Below are positions 1 through 9,030 of a stretch of 64,000 nucleotides of DNA, piece after piece (positions within the stretch are counted from its first letter, which is position 1; every line of letters starts with the position of its first letter). Below the pieces are notes generated by a model. That model was not told the origin of the DNA. It worked only from the letters and a program-made list of their open reading frames with translations, and did not search any database. The DNA is from Candidatus Tayloriibacteriota bacterium (lineage in GTDB: Bacteria > Patescibacteriota > Minisyncoccia > Phycocordibacterales > PALSA-1337), in the NCBI GenBank assembly GCA_028286665.1, contig JAQBRD010000031.1, positions 155-64,154 on the forward strand, given 5' to 3'. The position numbers and the translations under genes are program-made.

Positions 1-1
1 C

Positions 2-1057
2 CCTACTATCTCGATTCCTCTGCAAGACTACTACGTCAACAAGGATGACAATCTCAATCCTCGCTACGTATTCGACTCATTCGTCGTCGGTCCATTCAAC
101 GAACTCGCGCACGCAGCGTCTCAAGCGGTCGTGAAGACTCCTGGCCAGGCGTACAATCCGCTTTTCATCTACGGAAATACCGGCCACGGCAAGACGCATC
201 TCATCCAAGCGATCGGCAATCACATCAAGATTCTCCACCCGCAGAAGAAAGTCTTCTATCTGACCTCCGAACGTTTCGGCACCGAGTATTTTCAGGCGCT
301 TCAGGCGAATAAGGCTCAGCAATTCAAAGAAAAGTACCGCAAGTACGACGTGATCATCATGGACGACATCCAATTCTTCTCGAGCAAGGAAAAATTCCAG
401 GAAGAATTGTTCCATCTCTTCAATACCTTCCACGAATCGAACCGCCAGCTCGTCTTCTCGTCCGATAAGAATCCTAATTTCATCCCCGGCATCGAGGATC
501 GCCTCAAGTCGCGCTTCAGCATGGGCATGATCATCGACATTCCGACTCCTGACCACGAATCGAGGATGGCGCTTGTCCGAGCGAAGGCAGGTCATAATAA
601 CCTTATTCTGAGCGAAGAAATCACTAATTTCCTCGCGGCGAATATCGATGGTAACATCCGCGAGATCGAAGGCGTCATCAATGCGATCGTCTGCCAGACG
701 CAGCTGAAAGGGAAGGAGCTTTCGCTTAGCGAAATAAAGAATCTCGTGAAGAACAACGCGAAGCCGAAGAAATCCGTTGCCATCAAGGATGTCATCAAGC
801 TCATTTCGAATTTCTACAACATCGATGAAGAAAGCGTCTATAACAAAACCCGAAAGAAGGAGGTAGTGAAGCCTCGCCAAGTCATCATGTATATCCTCCG
901 AGAGGATTTCAATGTCTCCTTTCCATCGATCGGAGAGAAGATGGGCGGGCGAGATCATACGACCGTCATTCACTCATGCGAAAAAGTGAAGGAGGATGTG
1001 AAGATGAATCCGATTCTTGCGGAAGAGATCGCGCAGATTCGGGCGATGCTCGCATAG
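2..1057 (+). CDS. dnaA: Chromosomal replication initiator DnaA (5'-truncated by window edge)
   Basis: The frame is open from base 2 and the translation contains ...NPRYVFDSFVVGPFNELAHAA...AYNPLFIYGNTGHGKTHLIQAIGN (Walker A). AAA+ sensor motifs and the C-terminal DNA-binding domain (VIMYILRE...GGRDHTTVIHS) are present. Confidence 0.95.
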   Translation, partial: PTISIPLQDYYVNKDDNLNPRYVFDSFVVGPFNELAHAASQAVVKTPGQAYNPLFIYGNTGHGKTHLIQAIGNHIKILHPQKKVFYLTSERFGTEYFQALQANKAQQFKEKYRKYDVIIMDDIQFFSSKEKFQEELFHLFNTFHESNRQLVFSSDKNPNFIPGIEDRLKSRFSMGMIIDIPTPDHESRMALVRAKAGHNNLILSEEITNFLAANIDGNIREIEGVINAIVCQTQLKGKELSLSEIKNLVKNNAKPKKSVAIKDVIKLISNFYNIDEESVYNKTRKKEVVKPRQVIMYILREDFNVSFPSIGEKMGGRDHTTVIHSCEKVKEDVKMNPILAEEIAQIRAMLA

Positions 1058-1334
1058 TTCTTTTAATTATTTTTTAATGGGGATAGGCTGTGGGTAAGCC
1101 TGTGGGAAACATAAGAATAAACCTGTGGATAGCTGTCGGATGAAATGTGGGTAATTTCTGGTAGAGTGAGTTCAATGAGAAGCTGTCAGAAGTTGTAATA
1201 ATTTGTCCACACATACGGAATAGGTTTTTATGGCCATGAATATAGATATGCCAGGCTTATCACCATATCCACAGGACTAATAATAATAATAAGTATTTAT
1301 ATATAGTATTAATTAATAATAAGGAACAACTATT
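1058..1334. promoter_or_regulatory. Putative oriC: DnaA-box cluster plus AT-rich DNA-unwinding element between dnaA and dnaN
   Basis: There are at least six near-consensus DnaA boxes (TTATCCACA or its reverse complement TGTGGATAA, each with 0-2 mismatches). They lie at about 1090-1098, 1101-1109, 1134-1142, 1146-1154 (all tgtggNtaa on the + strand), 1203-1211 (ttgtccaca) and 1265-1273 (atatccaca). An AT-rich tract (aataataataataagtatttatatatagtattaattaataataa, 1278-1325) follows. Confidence 0.6.
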
Positions 1335-2438
1335 ATGAAGATAGAATGCGTTCAGGAAAAATTAGCCGGAGCAGTGTCGATCGCCGAACGAGTTGCGGGA
1401 AAGCATGTGACCCTTCCGGTCCTCTCATGCTTGCTTCTCGATGCGCAGAAAAATCAGCTGACGATCCGAGCGACCAATCTCGATCTCGGTCTTGAGATCA
1501 TTGTTCCTGCGAAAACCGATGAAGAGGGAATCGTGGCCGTTCCCGCGAATATTCTTTCCTCATTCATTTCAGGCGCATCTCAAGGCGACAAGGGCGTCAA
1601 GATTTTCACCAAGGACGCGAATATCGTCGTCGAAGCATCTCATAGCCGCGGAACCATCAAAACGATGCCTGTGGATGATTTTCCGAGCATCCCGAGGGTA
1701 TCTGATGGAACATCCTTCACGGTCAATGGCGCCGATTTCGTGAAAGGCCTCAAATCAGTCTGGTACAGCGCATCTATTTCGGGCATCAAGCCGGAACTTT
1801 CGAGCGTATATATTTATTCTGACGATGGAACAGTGGTTTTCGCGGCAACTGACTCTTTCCGCCTCGCGGAAAAGCGCATCCGTCTCAAGAAAAGCGCTGA
1901 TTTCACGCAGATCCTCATTCCATTCAAGAACATTCCTGAAATCATCCGCGTATTCGACCAGGTAAATGACGATATTTCCGTTACGCTCAGCAAGAATCAG
2001 ATCTCTTTCGACTATAAAGGCCTGTACCTCGTCTCCCGAGTGATCGACGGCGTATTTCCTGATTATAAGCAGATCATCCCGAAGCAGAGCACGACTGAAG
2101 TCGTCGTCCTCAAGCAGGATCTCATCGACGGCTTGAAGGTCTCGCATATCTTTTCGGACAAATTCAATCAGATAACCATGGTCGTCGATCCGAAGACGAA
2201 GGAATTCAGCCTGAAGACGAAGAACGCCGATGTCGGAGAGAATACGCATAATCTCGAGGCGACCATCGAAGGCGATGCGATCACGATCAATTTCAACTAC
2301 AAGTACATAACTGACTGCTTCCAATCGATCGACTCCGACAGCATCACGCTCCTCTTCAATGGCCTCAATCGCCCGATGGTGATGCATCCTGCGACAGACA
2401 AGTCGTTCACCTACCTTGTGATGCCGATGAATCGCTAA
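1335..2438 (+). CDS. dnaN: DNA polymerase III beta sliding clamp
   Basis: A 367-aa protein whose N-terminus reads MKIECVQEKLAGAVSIAERVAGKHVTLPVLSCLLLDA...LTIRATNLDLG. It sits in the canonical dnaA-dnaN position and is preceded by an aagga RBS. Confidence 0.93.
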   Translation: MKIECVQEKLAGAVSIAERVAGKHVTLPVLSCLLLDAQKNQLTIRATNLDLGLEIIVPAKTDEEGIVAVPANILSSFISGASQGDKGVKIFTKDANIVVEASHSRGTIKTMPVDDFPSIPRVSDGTSFTVNGADFVKGLKSVWYSASISGIKPELSSVYIYSDDGTVVFAATDSFRLAEKRIRLKKSADFTQILIPFKNIPEIIRVFDQVNDDISVTLSKNQISFDYKGLYLVSRVIDGVFPDYKQIIPKQSTTEVVVLKQDLIDGLKVSHIFSDKFNQITMVVDPKTKEFSLKTKNADVGENTHNLEATIEGDAITINFNYKYITDCFQSIDSDSITLLFNGLNRPMVMHPATDKSFTYLVMPMNR

Positions 2439-2452
2439 TCGCTGCAAAACAC

Positions 2453-2710
2453 ATGTTCAATATCGGCGGCTTCTTCCAAAAATTCAAAAGCCTCGAGCTC
2501 GAGGATTTCCGAAAGCGCTCGATAGTCATCGATGCGATAAAGAAGCGCACCAATATCGATCTCCGGCCGCAAGACATCAAATTCGAGCAGGGAAGAGTCC
2601 GCCTTTCGATAAGCTCGCTCGAAAAGAATGAGATTTTCATGAAAAAGGCCGCGCTTGTCGCTGATATTCAGGCGCTGCTCGATAAGCCGAAGATAAGCGA
2701 TATTGTTTAG
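2453..2710 (+). CDS. Small hypothetical protein in the post-dnaN slot
   Basis: An 85-aa ORF immediately downstream of dnaN. In many genomes this slot holds a small DUF721/DciA-like or S4-like protein, but I cannot assign the family from the sequence. Confidence 0.3.
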   Translation: MFNIGGFFQKFKSLELEDFRKRSIVIDAIKKRTNIDLRPQDIKFEQGRVRLSISSLEKNEIFMKKAALVADIQALLDKPKISDIV

Positions 2711-2713
2711 CTC

Positions 2714-3541
2714 ATGCATGTCGTGAAAAAAAGCAGGAAAGAAGTCTGCATCGCGATAGCGCTCGCGACAATCGTCGTTGTCTCTATCGCTATTTCTTCC
2801 GGTGAGATTTTTGCTATGAGGCGCGCAGTCTCATCAGTCCCACTTTCTATTTCGAGCGCCTCAGTCATCGTCCCTATCATCGCATATCACCATGTTCGCC
2901 CGTATCAGAAAGGCGAATCGATATATGAAGAGGCATACGACATAACGCCGGAACTTCTCGCGCGAGAGCTCGACTATCTCCGCGCAAATAGCTACAAGAC
3001 GATCACATTCGATGCGCTTGCAGATGCTCTGGAAAAAGGAACACCGCTTCCGCCGAAGCCGATCATCCTTTCTTTCGATGATGGGAATAAGGATCAATTC
3101 GAATACGCACTTCCTATCCTTCAGGAGCATGGAGCTGCAGCTACTTTTTTCATCTATACCGTCGTAATCGGAAAACCGAAATATCTTTCATGGGACGATA
3201 TCCATGCTCTGGAAAAATCAGGAATGGAAATCGGCGCCCATGCGAAGACTCACCCGTATATCGTGAAGATCGTCGATCCGAAAGTGATGCGCGATGAGAT
3301 CGAAGGGGGCAAGAAGATCCTCGAGGATCACCTCGGGCATCCTGTCAGGACTTTTGCATATCCTTTCGGCCATTCTTCTCCGCTTGGCATCGAGATCGTG
3401 AAGGAAGCCGGCTTCCGCACGGCTCGTACGCTCTATACAGGGAATATTCAAGAGAAAGACAATCCACTCGAGCTCCGAGCGTATCTCGCTACCGATAATT
3501 GGGACGATTTCCTCTCCGCGATCAGTATCGCGGCTATTTGA
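2714..3541 (+). CDS. Polysaccharide deacetylase family protein (NodB/CE4 domain), N-terminal TM anchor
   Basis: NodB-homology motifs are present: ILSFDDGNKDQ, ATFFIYT, GMEIGAHAKTHP and TFAYPFGHSS. The N-terminus is a hydrophobic helix. Confidence 0.8.
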   Translation: MHVVKKSRKEVCIAIALATIVVVSIAISSGEIFAMRRAVSSVPLSISSASVIVPIIAYHHVRPYQKGESIYEEAYDITPELLARELDYLRANSYKTITFDALADALEKGTPLPPKPIILSFDDGNKDQFEYALPILQEHGAAATFFIYTVVIGKPKYLSWDDIHALEKSGMEIGAHAKTHPYIVKIVDPKVMRDEIEGGKKILEDHLGHPVRTFAYPFGHSSPLGIEIVKEAGFRTARTLYTGNIQEKDNPLELRAYLATDNWDDFLSAISIAAI

Positions 3542-6146
3542 CCACTGAGAATTCCACGGAAGCCTCTCCTCGATTGAGCGCTTCATCGTAGACGACGATC
3601 TTGAGCGTGTTCTTGTCCTGGAGATTATTCAGATCTGATGGCGTGAAGCCGATGGCGAATGGCGCCTGGGAATTCGAGACGATATAGCGGCCGTTCACGT
3701 AGAGCTCGACTTTCTTCGTCTTGAATTTGCTGTCGGAGAGGAAGTTTATTTCCATGCGGGATTTCGAATCGAGGAATGCGCCGTTCTGGGGAGAAACGAT
3801 GCTCACCTTCGGCGCATTGAGCTGCGTATGGATATCGTCTGTTTCCTTCGGAACGTCATACGACGTCACTTCCTTGAAATCAGGATGCGACTTCGCCCAG
3901 TCGTCGTACCATGCGCGTACGCCATGTTCCCAGTTTTCGAATTGCGGATCATTTTCAGGATGTTCCGGTTTCGGACCAGTCGGGTCATTTTTATCGAGCC
4001 AATAAAGTATCGTATGGACATTGTTGAAGACGATCTCCTGCTTGAGTTCCGGAGGTGTGAATTCGGTCGCAAGCTTTCCGGATACGCTGTCTCTGAAATA
4101 TGAGACGCCTCCTTTCCAGATGCCATGGAGGACCGGCTTCGAATCCGTCGGCGACGGCTCAGGAGATTTGAAGCGATCGTTTTCAGGAAGGGAATCCATG
4201 ACTTCGCTCATGAAGCCCGCCCAGACTGGCGCGATGACGAGGCCTGCGACCTTCTTCTGCATCGGCGTGTTGTTGTTCTTTCCTGCCCAAGCTCCGACGA
4301 CGAGGCTTGGCGTATAGCCTTCGACCCAGACGTCTCGATAGTCATTCGTCGTACCGGTCTTGATCGCGACTTGCCGGCCCCATGGATTCACGAGGTCATT
4401 GAGGCTTTCGAGGCGGACTTTCGGATCGGAAAGGATATCGGAAATCTGCCGAGCTGATTGCGCGGTGATGACCTGATTCGGCGAAGTCTTCGCTTCCTCG
4501 AGGATCTTTCCGTTGGCATCCTCGACCTTCAATACGCTTCGGTACGGGTTGCGCATGCCATCGTCTGCGAATACTCCGTATGCGCTCGTGAGTTCGAGGA
4601 GGGATACTTCACCGCCTCCGAGGACGAGCGTCAGGCCGTATCGATTCGGATCGGTAAGGCTGGTGATGCCCATGTTCTCAGCTGTCTGGATCGAATCCTT
4701 GATGCCGGTAAGATAGAGGGCTTTCACCGCAGGAATGTTTCGAGATTGGGCGAGCGCGGTTCGGATCGTTATCGGACCCTCATAGATGCCGTCGTAGTTT
4801 TCGGGGGAGTAGCAGATGGAAGAGCTCGCGCCCGTGTTCTTGGCTTTGCCGTCAAAGGTGCATTGCGCAGCGAATTCAGTCGGAGCATCGAAGAGGATCG
4901 TGTCGGGCGTGTATCCCTTCATGAATGCTGTCGCATATACGAACGGCTTGAATGTCGATCCTGGCTGTCGGGCAGCGGTCGCGATGTTGAAGTTCCCGTC
5001 TATCTTCTTGTCATAATAATCTCTCGAACCGACCATGGTGAGGATGTCGCCTGTCTTCGGGTCGATGGCAACCATCGCGGTATTGCTTGCTCCGAAGGAA
5101 GTTTCGAGCGTCGGAGCGAAATGCGAAATGATCTTTTCGGCCTTCTGCTGCATATCGAAATTGAGCGTCGTCGTGACTTTGAGTCCGCCGCGGAGAACCG
5201 CGTCCTCTCCGTATTTGTCGATAAGGGCATCGCGGACCATGAGGACGAAATGGGGAGCGCGGATATTCGACGTGTTCTTTTCAAGGAATACGACTTTTTC
5301 TTTCAGCGCAGCAGCATGTTCTTCTTTCGTGATGACGCCGGCTTCTTCCATTTTCAAGAGGACGAGCTTCTGCCGATTATCAAGCGCAGCTTTGTTCTTT
5401 CCGTATGGGGAATAGTATGTCGGAGCCTGGGGAATGGCGGCCAGATAGGCGGCTTCCGCAAGCGTCACGTCCTTCGCTGATTTTCCGAAGAATGTCTTGC
5501 TTGCTTCCTGGATGCCGTAGATATTTCCTCCGTAGGGCGATTCGTTGAGATAGGTCGAAAGTATCTGGTCCTTGGTGAGCACACGCTCGATCTTGATCGC
5601 GAGCACCCATTCCTTGAGCTTTCGGGTGATCGTCTGATCCTGCGTGAGGACTGAGTTCTTGATGACCTGCTGGGTGATCGTCGATCCTCCCTGCTTGATT
5701 CCGCCAGGAGTGAGATCGGCGATGATGGCGCGGAGGATAGCCGTCGGCTTGATGCCGAAATGCTGATAGAATTCGGTATCTTCAATAGCGACGGATGCCT
5801 TCTTTATGAGCGGCGAGATGTCTTCGAAAGCTACCGCGGTCCTTTTGGTATCCTGATGCACGTCATAGAGGAGGATCGTTCCTGTCCGATCGTAGATCTT
5901 CGTCGATTGGTCTACTTTTCGAGCTTCGAAGGTGCTCAGGTCCGGCAGCTGAAGGGTAGAGATCCACAGTATGGCGATTCCGGAAAAAAGAAGCACGAGG
6001 GAGACTCCGAGCGTTACGATCGCGTGGGCGACCTTCTTCCTGGTCGAAAGGAATTTCGGGCGATGAAAATGAGGCCGGCGATGATGCTTCGCCCCTTCAG
6101 GGGCATGTTTTGAGTGGGTACGGTTCATGATGGCAAATTGTACCAT
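3534..6146 (-). CDS. Class A penicillin-binding protein (PBP1A-type transglycosylase/transpeptidase) with C-terminal extension
   Basis: The glycosyltransferase domain carries EDTEFYQHFGI...GGSTITQQVIKN...RKLKEW. The transpeptidase domain carries SRNIPAVKAL and KTGTTND. There is an N-terminal TM and about 200 aa after the TPase domain. Confidence 0.9.
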   Translation of the reverse strand: MVQFAIMNRTHSKHAPEGAKHHRRPHFHRPKFLSTRKKVAHAIVTLGVSLVLLFSGIAILWISTLQLPDLSTFEARKVDQSTKIYDRTGTILLYDVHQDTKRTAVAFEDISPLIKKASVAIEDTEFYQHFGIKPTAILRAIIADLTPGGIKQGGSTITQQVIKNSVLTQDQTITRKLKEWVLAIKIERVLTKDQILSTYLNESPYGGNIYGIQEASKTFFGKSAKDVTLAEAAYLAAIPQAPTYYSPYGKNKAALDNRQKLVLLKMEEAGVITKEEHAAALKEKVVFLEKNTSNIRAPHFVLMVRDALIDKYGEDAVLRGGLKVTTTLNFDMQQKAEKIISHFAPTLETSFGASNTAMVAIDPKTGDILTMVGSRDYYDKKIDGNFNIATAARQPGSTFKPFVYATAFMKGYTPDTILFDAPTEFAAQCTFDGKAKNTGASSSICYSPENYDGIYEGPITIRTALAQSRNIPAVKALYLTGIKDSIQTAENMGITSLTDPNRYGLTLVLGGGEVSLLELTSAYGVFADDGMRNPYRSVLKVEDANGKILEEAKTSPNQVITAQSARQISDILSDPKVRLESLNDLVNPWGRQVAIKTGTTNDYRDVWVEGYTPSLVVGAWAGKNNNTPMQKKVAGLVIAPVWAGFMSEVMDSLPENDRFKSPEPSPTDSKPVLHGIWKGGVSYFRDSVSGKLATEFTPPELKQEIVFNNVHTILYWLDKNDPTGPKPEHPENDPQFENWEHGVRAWYDDWAKSHPDFKEVTSYDVPKETDDIHTQLNAPKVSIVSPQNGAFLDSKSRMEINFLSDSKFKTKKVELYVNGRYIVSNSQAPFAIGFTPSDLNNLQDKNTLKIVVYDEALNRGEASVEFSVVK

Positions 6147-6158
6147 ATGTGATAGATT

Positions 6159-7412
6159 ATGTTCATGTTTTTATTTCCAAAAAAGGGCGCTTCAGCTATG
6201 AAAAATAAGGGCGTTATCACGGATGCCGCGCGGATAGATGCTTTTCTGACACGCGGAGTCGAGAATATCTTCCCGAAGGCGGATTTCGTGCGGGCAAAGA
6301 TGCTCCGCGGCGAGCAGTTGACGATGTATTACGGCATCGATCCGACTGGACCGAATATTCATCTGGGGCACCTGATTCCTATTCGCAAGCTCGCTGAATT
6401 CCAGCAGCTCGGCCATAAGATCTATTTCCTCATCGGCGATTTCACTGCGACCATCGGTGATCCGGACAAAGCGTCTACGCGCAAGGTCCTTACCCGAAAA
6501 CAAGTTCTCGACAATTGCCGCCATTATCAGGATCAAGCTTCGAAATTCATCTCGTTCTCAGGTCCGAACAGGGCGGAACTCAAATACAATTCGACTTGGC
6601 TCGGCAAATTGGGCTTTGCCGAGGTGCTCGAACTCGCTTCGAAAATGACCGTCCAGCAGATGCTCAAGCGAGACATGTTCGAACTTCGCATGAAAGAAGG
6701 CTCCCCGATTCATATCCATGAATTCATGTATCCGCTCATGCAGGGCTATGACAGCGTCGCAATGGACGTCGATGGAGAGATCGGCGGCAATGACCAGACT
6801 TGGAATATGCTCGCGGGGCGAGATCTCCTGAAATCCATGAAGAATAAGGATAAATTCGTGATCGCTATGAAACTCCTCACGGACCCTTCCGGAAAGAAGA
6901 TGGGCAAGACCGAGAATAACGCCGTCAGTCTCGATCAGACCCCTGAAGAAATGTTCGGCCGAATCATGTCCTGGTCCGATAGCCTCATTCTTCCGAGCTT
7001 CGAGATCTGCACCGATATGCCGATGGAAGAGATCGAATCGATCAGGAAATCTCTCGAGTCCGGAACGAACCCTCGCGACGCGAAAGTCCGCCTTGCAAAA
7101 GCAGTTGTGACGATGTGCCACGATGCTGCAGCCGCAGAGCAGGCATTTCAGAAATTCGAGCAGACTTTCAAGAAAGGCGAAATGCCTGCTGATGCAGCCG
7201 AAGCTTCCGTCGCAGCCGGAACAAAGCTCGCCGACATCCTCGTCTCCGAGAAGATCGTCGCCTCGAAAGGCGAATTCCGACGCCTCATCGAAGGGAAGGG
7301 CGTCAGCGAATTCGGTTCTGACGAGCCGATCTCCGATCCTGATTTCAAAGTCGACAAGGGCATCTCTCTCCGCATTGGCAAGAAGCGCTTCGTCAAGATT
7401 TCGATCAAATAA
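6159..7412 (+). CDS. tyrS: Tyrosyl-tRNA synthetase
   Basis: The protein has YYGIDPTGPNIHLGHL (HIGH motif), KMGKT (KMSKS motif) and a C-terminal S4-like domain. The true start may be the downstream Met (MKNKGV, about 6198). Confidence 0.9.
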   Translation: MFMFLFPKKGASAMKNKGVITDAARIDAFLTRGVENIFPKADFVRAKMLRGEQLTMYYGIDPTGPNIHLGHLIPIRKLAEFQQLGHKIYFLIGDFTATIGDPDKASTRKVLTRKQVLDNCRHYQDQASKFISFSGPNRAELKYNSTWLGKLGFAEVLELASKMTVQQMLKRDMFELRMKEGSPIHIHEFMYPLMQGYDSVAMDVDGEIGGNDQTWNMLAGRDLLKSMKNKDKFVIAMKLLTDPSGKKMGKTENNAVSLDQTPEEMFGRIMSWSDSLILPSFEICTDMPMEEIESIRKSLESGTNPRDAKVRLAKAVVTMCHDAAAAEQAFQKFEQTFKKGEMPADAAEASVAAGTKLADILVSEKIVASKGEFRRLIEGKGVSEFGSDEPISDPDFKVDKGISLRIGKKRFVKISIK

Positions 7413-7415
7413 TAG

Positions 7416-7442
7416 AAAAAGCCCAGATCTCGGGGCTTTTTC
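7416..7442. terminator. Bidirectional rho-independent terminator between convergent tyrS and the acidic-protein gene
   Basis: aaaaagccc-agatctcg-gggcttttt forms a perfect 9-bp stem with A- and T-runs on either side. Confidence 0.6.
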
Positions 7443-7463
7443 TATTTCATGAACTCGTACTGA

Positions 7464-7709
7464 TTATTGTTCCCATTTGTCTCCGAAAGGGTCGACCTCC
7501 TCTACATCGAGAACAGCAGCCTCCTCATCCTCCTCCTCATCTTCAAGCGATACTTCCTCTTCAGCTTCAAGAAGATCAGGATCGATAGCCTTCTCATCCG
7601 CTTCGGGAATATCGATCGGTCCATCTTTGGGCTTCAGGATCTCTATTTCGTCTTCGTCCTGCAGAGGAGCGATGACCGGCTTCTGTTTTTCATTCTTTGC
7701 TCGTGGCAT
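7464..7709 (-). CDS. Small highly acidic hypothetical protein
   Basis: An 81-aa ORF with a run of Glu/Asp residues (EEEVSLEDEEEDEE). It lies downstream of ruvC and just upstream of the bidirectional terminator at 7416-7442. The low-complexity sequence makes the call uncertain. Confidence 0.3.
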   Translation of the reverse strand: MPRAKNEKQKPVIAPLQDEDEIEILKPKDGPIDIPEADEKAIDPDLLEAEEEVSLEDEEEDEEAAVLDVEEVDPFGDKWEQ

Positions 7710-7824
7710 ATGCTGTTTCTGATTTCTTTAAAAATTTTATTTCATAGTTGTAACAAAACCCCACCCTTTTTGCAAATATCCCGATATGTGGACAACTCTG
7801 CGTCCAGCCGAAAAAGCCCCTGCG

Positions 7825-8352
7825 CTACTTTTTTCGGTTGAATTCGTGCGCGATGCAGGTGAGCGCGACCGCGATCGCGTCATACTCGTCGTCGAGTTTC
7901 GCAGTTTTTTTCCCCGGTTTCGACCCCGGTTTCACATCGGTAGCTTCGTCGAGTTTCACAAGCAGCGGAATCATCTTGATCACCTGCGATTTGTCGCTTG
8001 CGCCATGGCCGGTGACCGCGATCTTGATCTGACCCGGCGTATATTCGTAGAGGGAAAGGCCTCGTTTCACTGATTCATATGCGATGACGCCGCGCGTTTC
8101 AGCCACATGCATGGCCGTTTTCTGGTTCTTCGTGATGAAGAGTGATTCGATGCCGAGGCATTCGGGCTTATAGAGTTCGAGCACTCGCGCGATCTCATTT
8201 CCGACTGCGACGAGTCGCGCATAGAAGTCGTCTTTCGCAGAAGTCGTGAAGCATGCGGAATACAAGACGATCTCTTTCGATCGGGAATCGCTTTTTTCGA
8301 CGACCGCGATGCCGAGCCGGTCATATCCTGGATCGATGCCGAGTACTTTCAT
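7825..8352 (-). CDS. ruvC: Holliday junction resolvase RuvC
   Basis: I take the start at the internal Met (MKVLGIDPGYDRLGIAVVE...), because the longer ORF would overlap yebC. The RuvC catalytic motifs GIDPG and ...AIAVALTCIAH are present. Confidence 0.85.
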   Translation of the reverse strand: MKVLGIDPGYDRLGIAVVEKSDSRSKEIVLYSACFTTSAKDDFYARLVAVGNEIARVLELYKPECLGIESLFITKNQKTAMHVAETRGVIAYESVKRGLSLYEYTPGQIKIAVTGHGASDKSQVIKMIPLLVKLDEATDVKPGSKPGKKTAKLDDEYDAIAVALTCIAHEFNRKK

Positions 8353-8380
8353 AGTTATTCGCGCCAAGCGTGAATGAGGA

Positions 8381-8911
8381 TTATTCAGCATTAGTGAACA
8401 CTCCCTGCACCTCGTCATTCTCTTCAAGCGCTTCGACGAGCTTCTCAAGCAATTCGATGTCTGCGTCTTCGAGCGGTGTAGTCGATGTCGCGACCCATCC
8501 CTCGTGATTCTTCGTGAATGCCCACGCTGCGCTGCCTTGAGCTGCAAGCTCTGAGCCGTGCATCGAGAGGATGTGCTTCACTTCCTGAGCAGCCTTGTTG
8601 CGATTGTCAGTGAGCGCTTCGATGATGATCGCCACGCCGCCTGGTCCGTAGGTTTCATAGGTGACATCCTCCATTTCGGCGCTGTTGTCCGCGGTGGCTT
8701 TCTTGACTGCGCGATCGATGGTGTCGTTCGGCACATTTTCCTTCTTTGCTTTCTCGATGGCGTTCATGAGGCCCGGAGATCGAAGGTTTCCCTTGGCTTT
8801 CTTTGCCTCAGCTGAAATGAGCTTCACCATCTTGGTAAATATCTTGCTCTTCTGAGCGTCCGTCTTCGCTTTCTGATGCTTGATCTTCGAATATTTATTA
8901 TGTCCTGACAT
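8381..8911 (-). CDS. yebC: YebC/PmpR-family DNA-binding regulator (short form, 176 aa)
   Basis: The N-terminus MSGHNKYSKIKHQKAKTDAQKSKIFTKMVK matches the YebC MAGHSKWANIKHRK signature. It sits upstream of ruvC, which is the classic yebC-ruvC pairing. Confidence 0.8.
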   Translation of the reverse strand: MSGHNKYSKIKHQKAKTDAQKSKIFTKMVKLISAEAKKAKGNLRSPGLMNAIEKAKKENVPNDTIDRAVKKATADNSAEMEDVTYETYGPGGVAIIIEALTDNRNKAAQEVKHILSMHGSELAAQGSAAWAFTKNHEGWVATSTTPLEDADIELLEKLVEALEENDEVQGVFTNAE

Positions 8912-8974
8912 GTGGATGTTGTTATCGCGATGCGTATGTATGGCTGATATTCACATACTATCACTCTATTGGAA

Positions 8975-9006
8975 ATAAAAAAGGGCGGCCTTTTGACGGG
9001 CCGCAC
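8975..9006 (-). terminator. Rho-independent terminator after the CAP-domain protein gene
   Basis: On the - strand gcggcc-cgtcaaaa-ggccgc is followed by cttttttatttcc. Confidence 0.5.
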
Positions 9007-9030
9007 TTTGTGAAATCGTGAGGAAAATCC

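Noticed and set aside
77-973. A 298-aa ORF on the - strand overlapping dnaA.
   Set aside because: It is antisense to a strongly supported dnaA reading frame, has no recognisable motifs, and is the sort of long antisense ORF expected at about 52% GC.
1755-2447. A 230-aa ORF antisense to dnaN.
   Set aside because: It is fully embedded in dnaN on the opposite strand and has an Arg/His-rich nonsense composition.
4458-5480. A 340-aa ORF antisense to the PBP1A gene.
   Set aside because: It is embedded in a confidently called class A PBP and has no motifs.
6147-6200. A possible T-box leader upstream of tyrS.
   Set aside because: Only a few tens of nucleotides separate the divergent PBP1A and tyrS starts. 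That is too short for a T-box, and no specifier/T-box motif is visible.
7477-7722. A Ser-rich 81-aa + strand ORF.
   Set aside because: It is the antisense frame of the acidic Glu/Asp-rich - strand ORF, and its poly-Ser composition is a mirror artefact.
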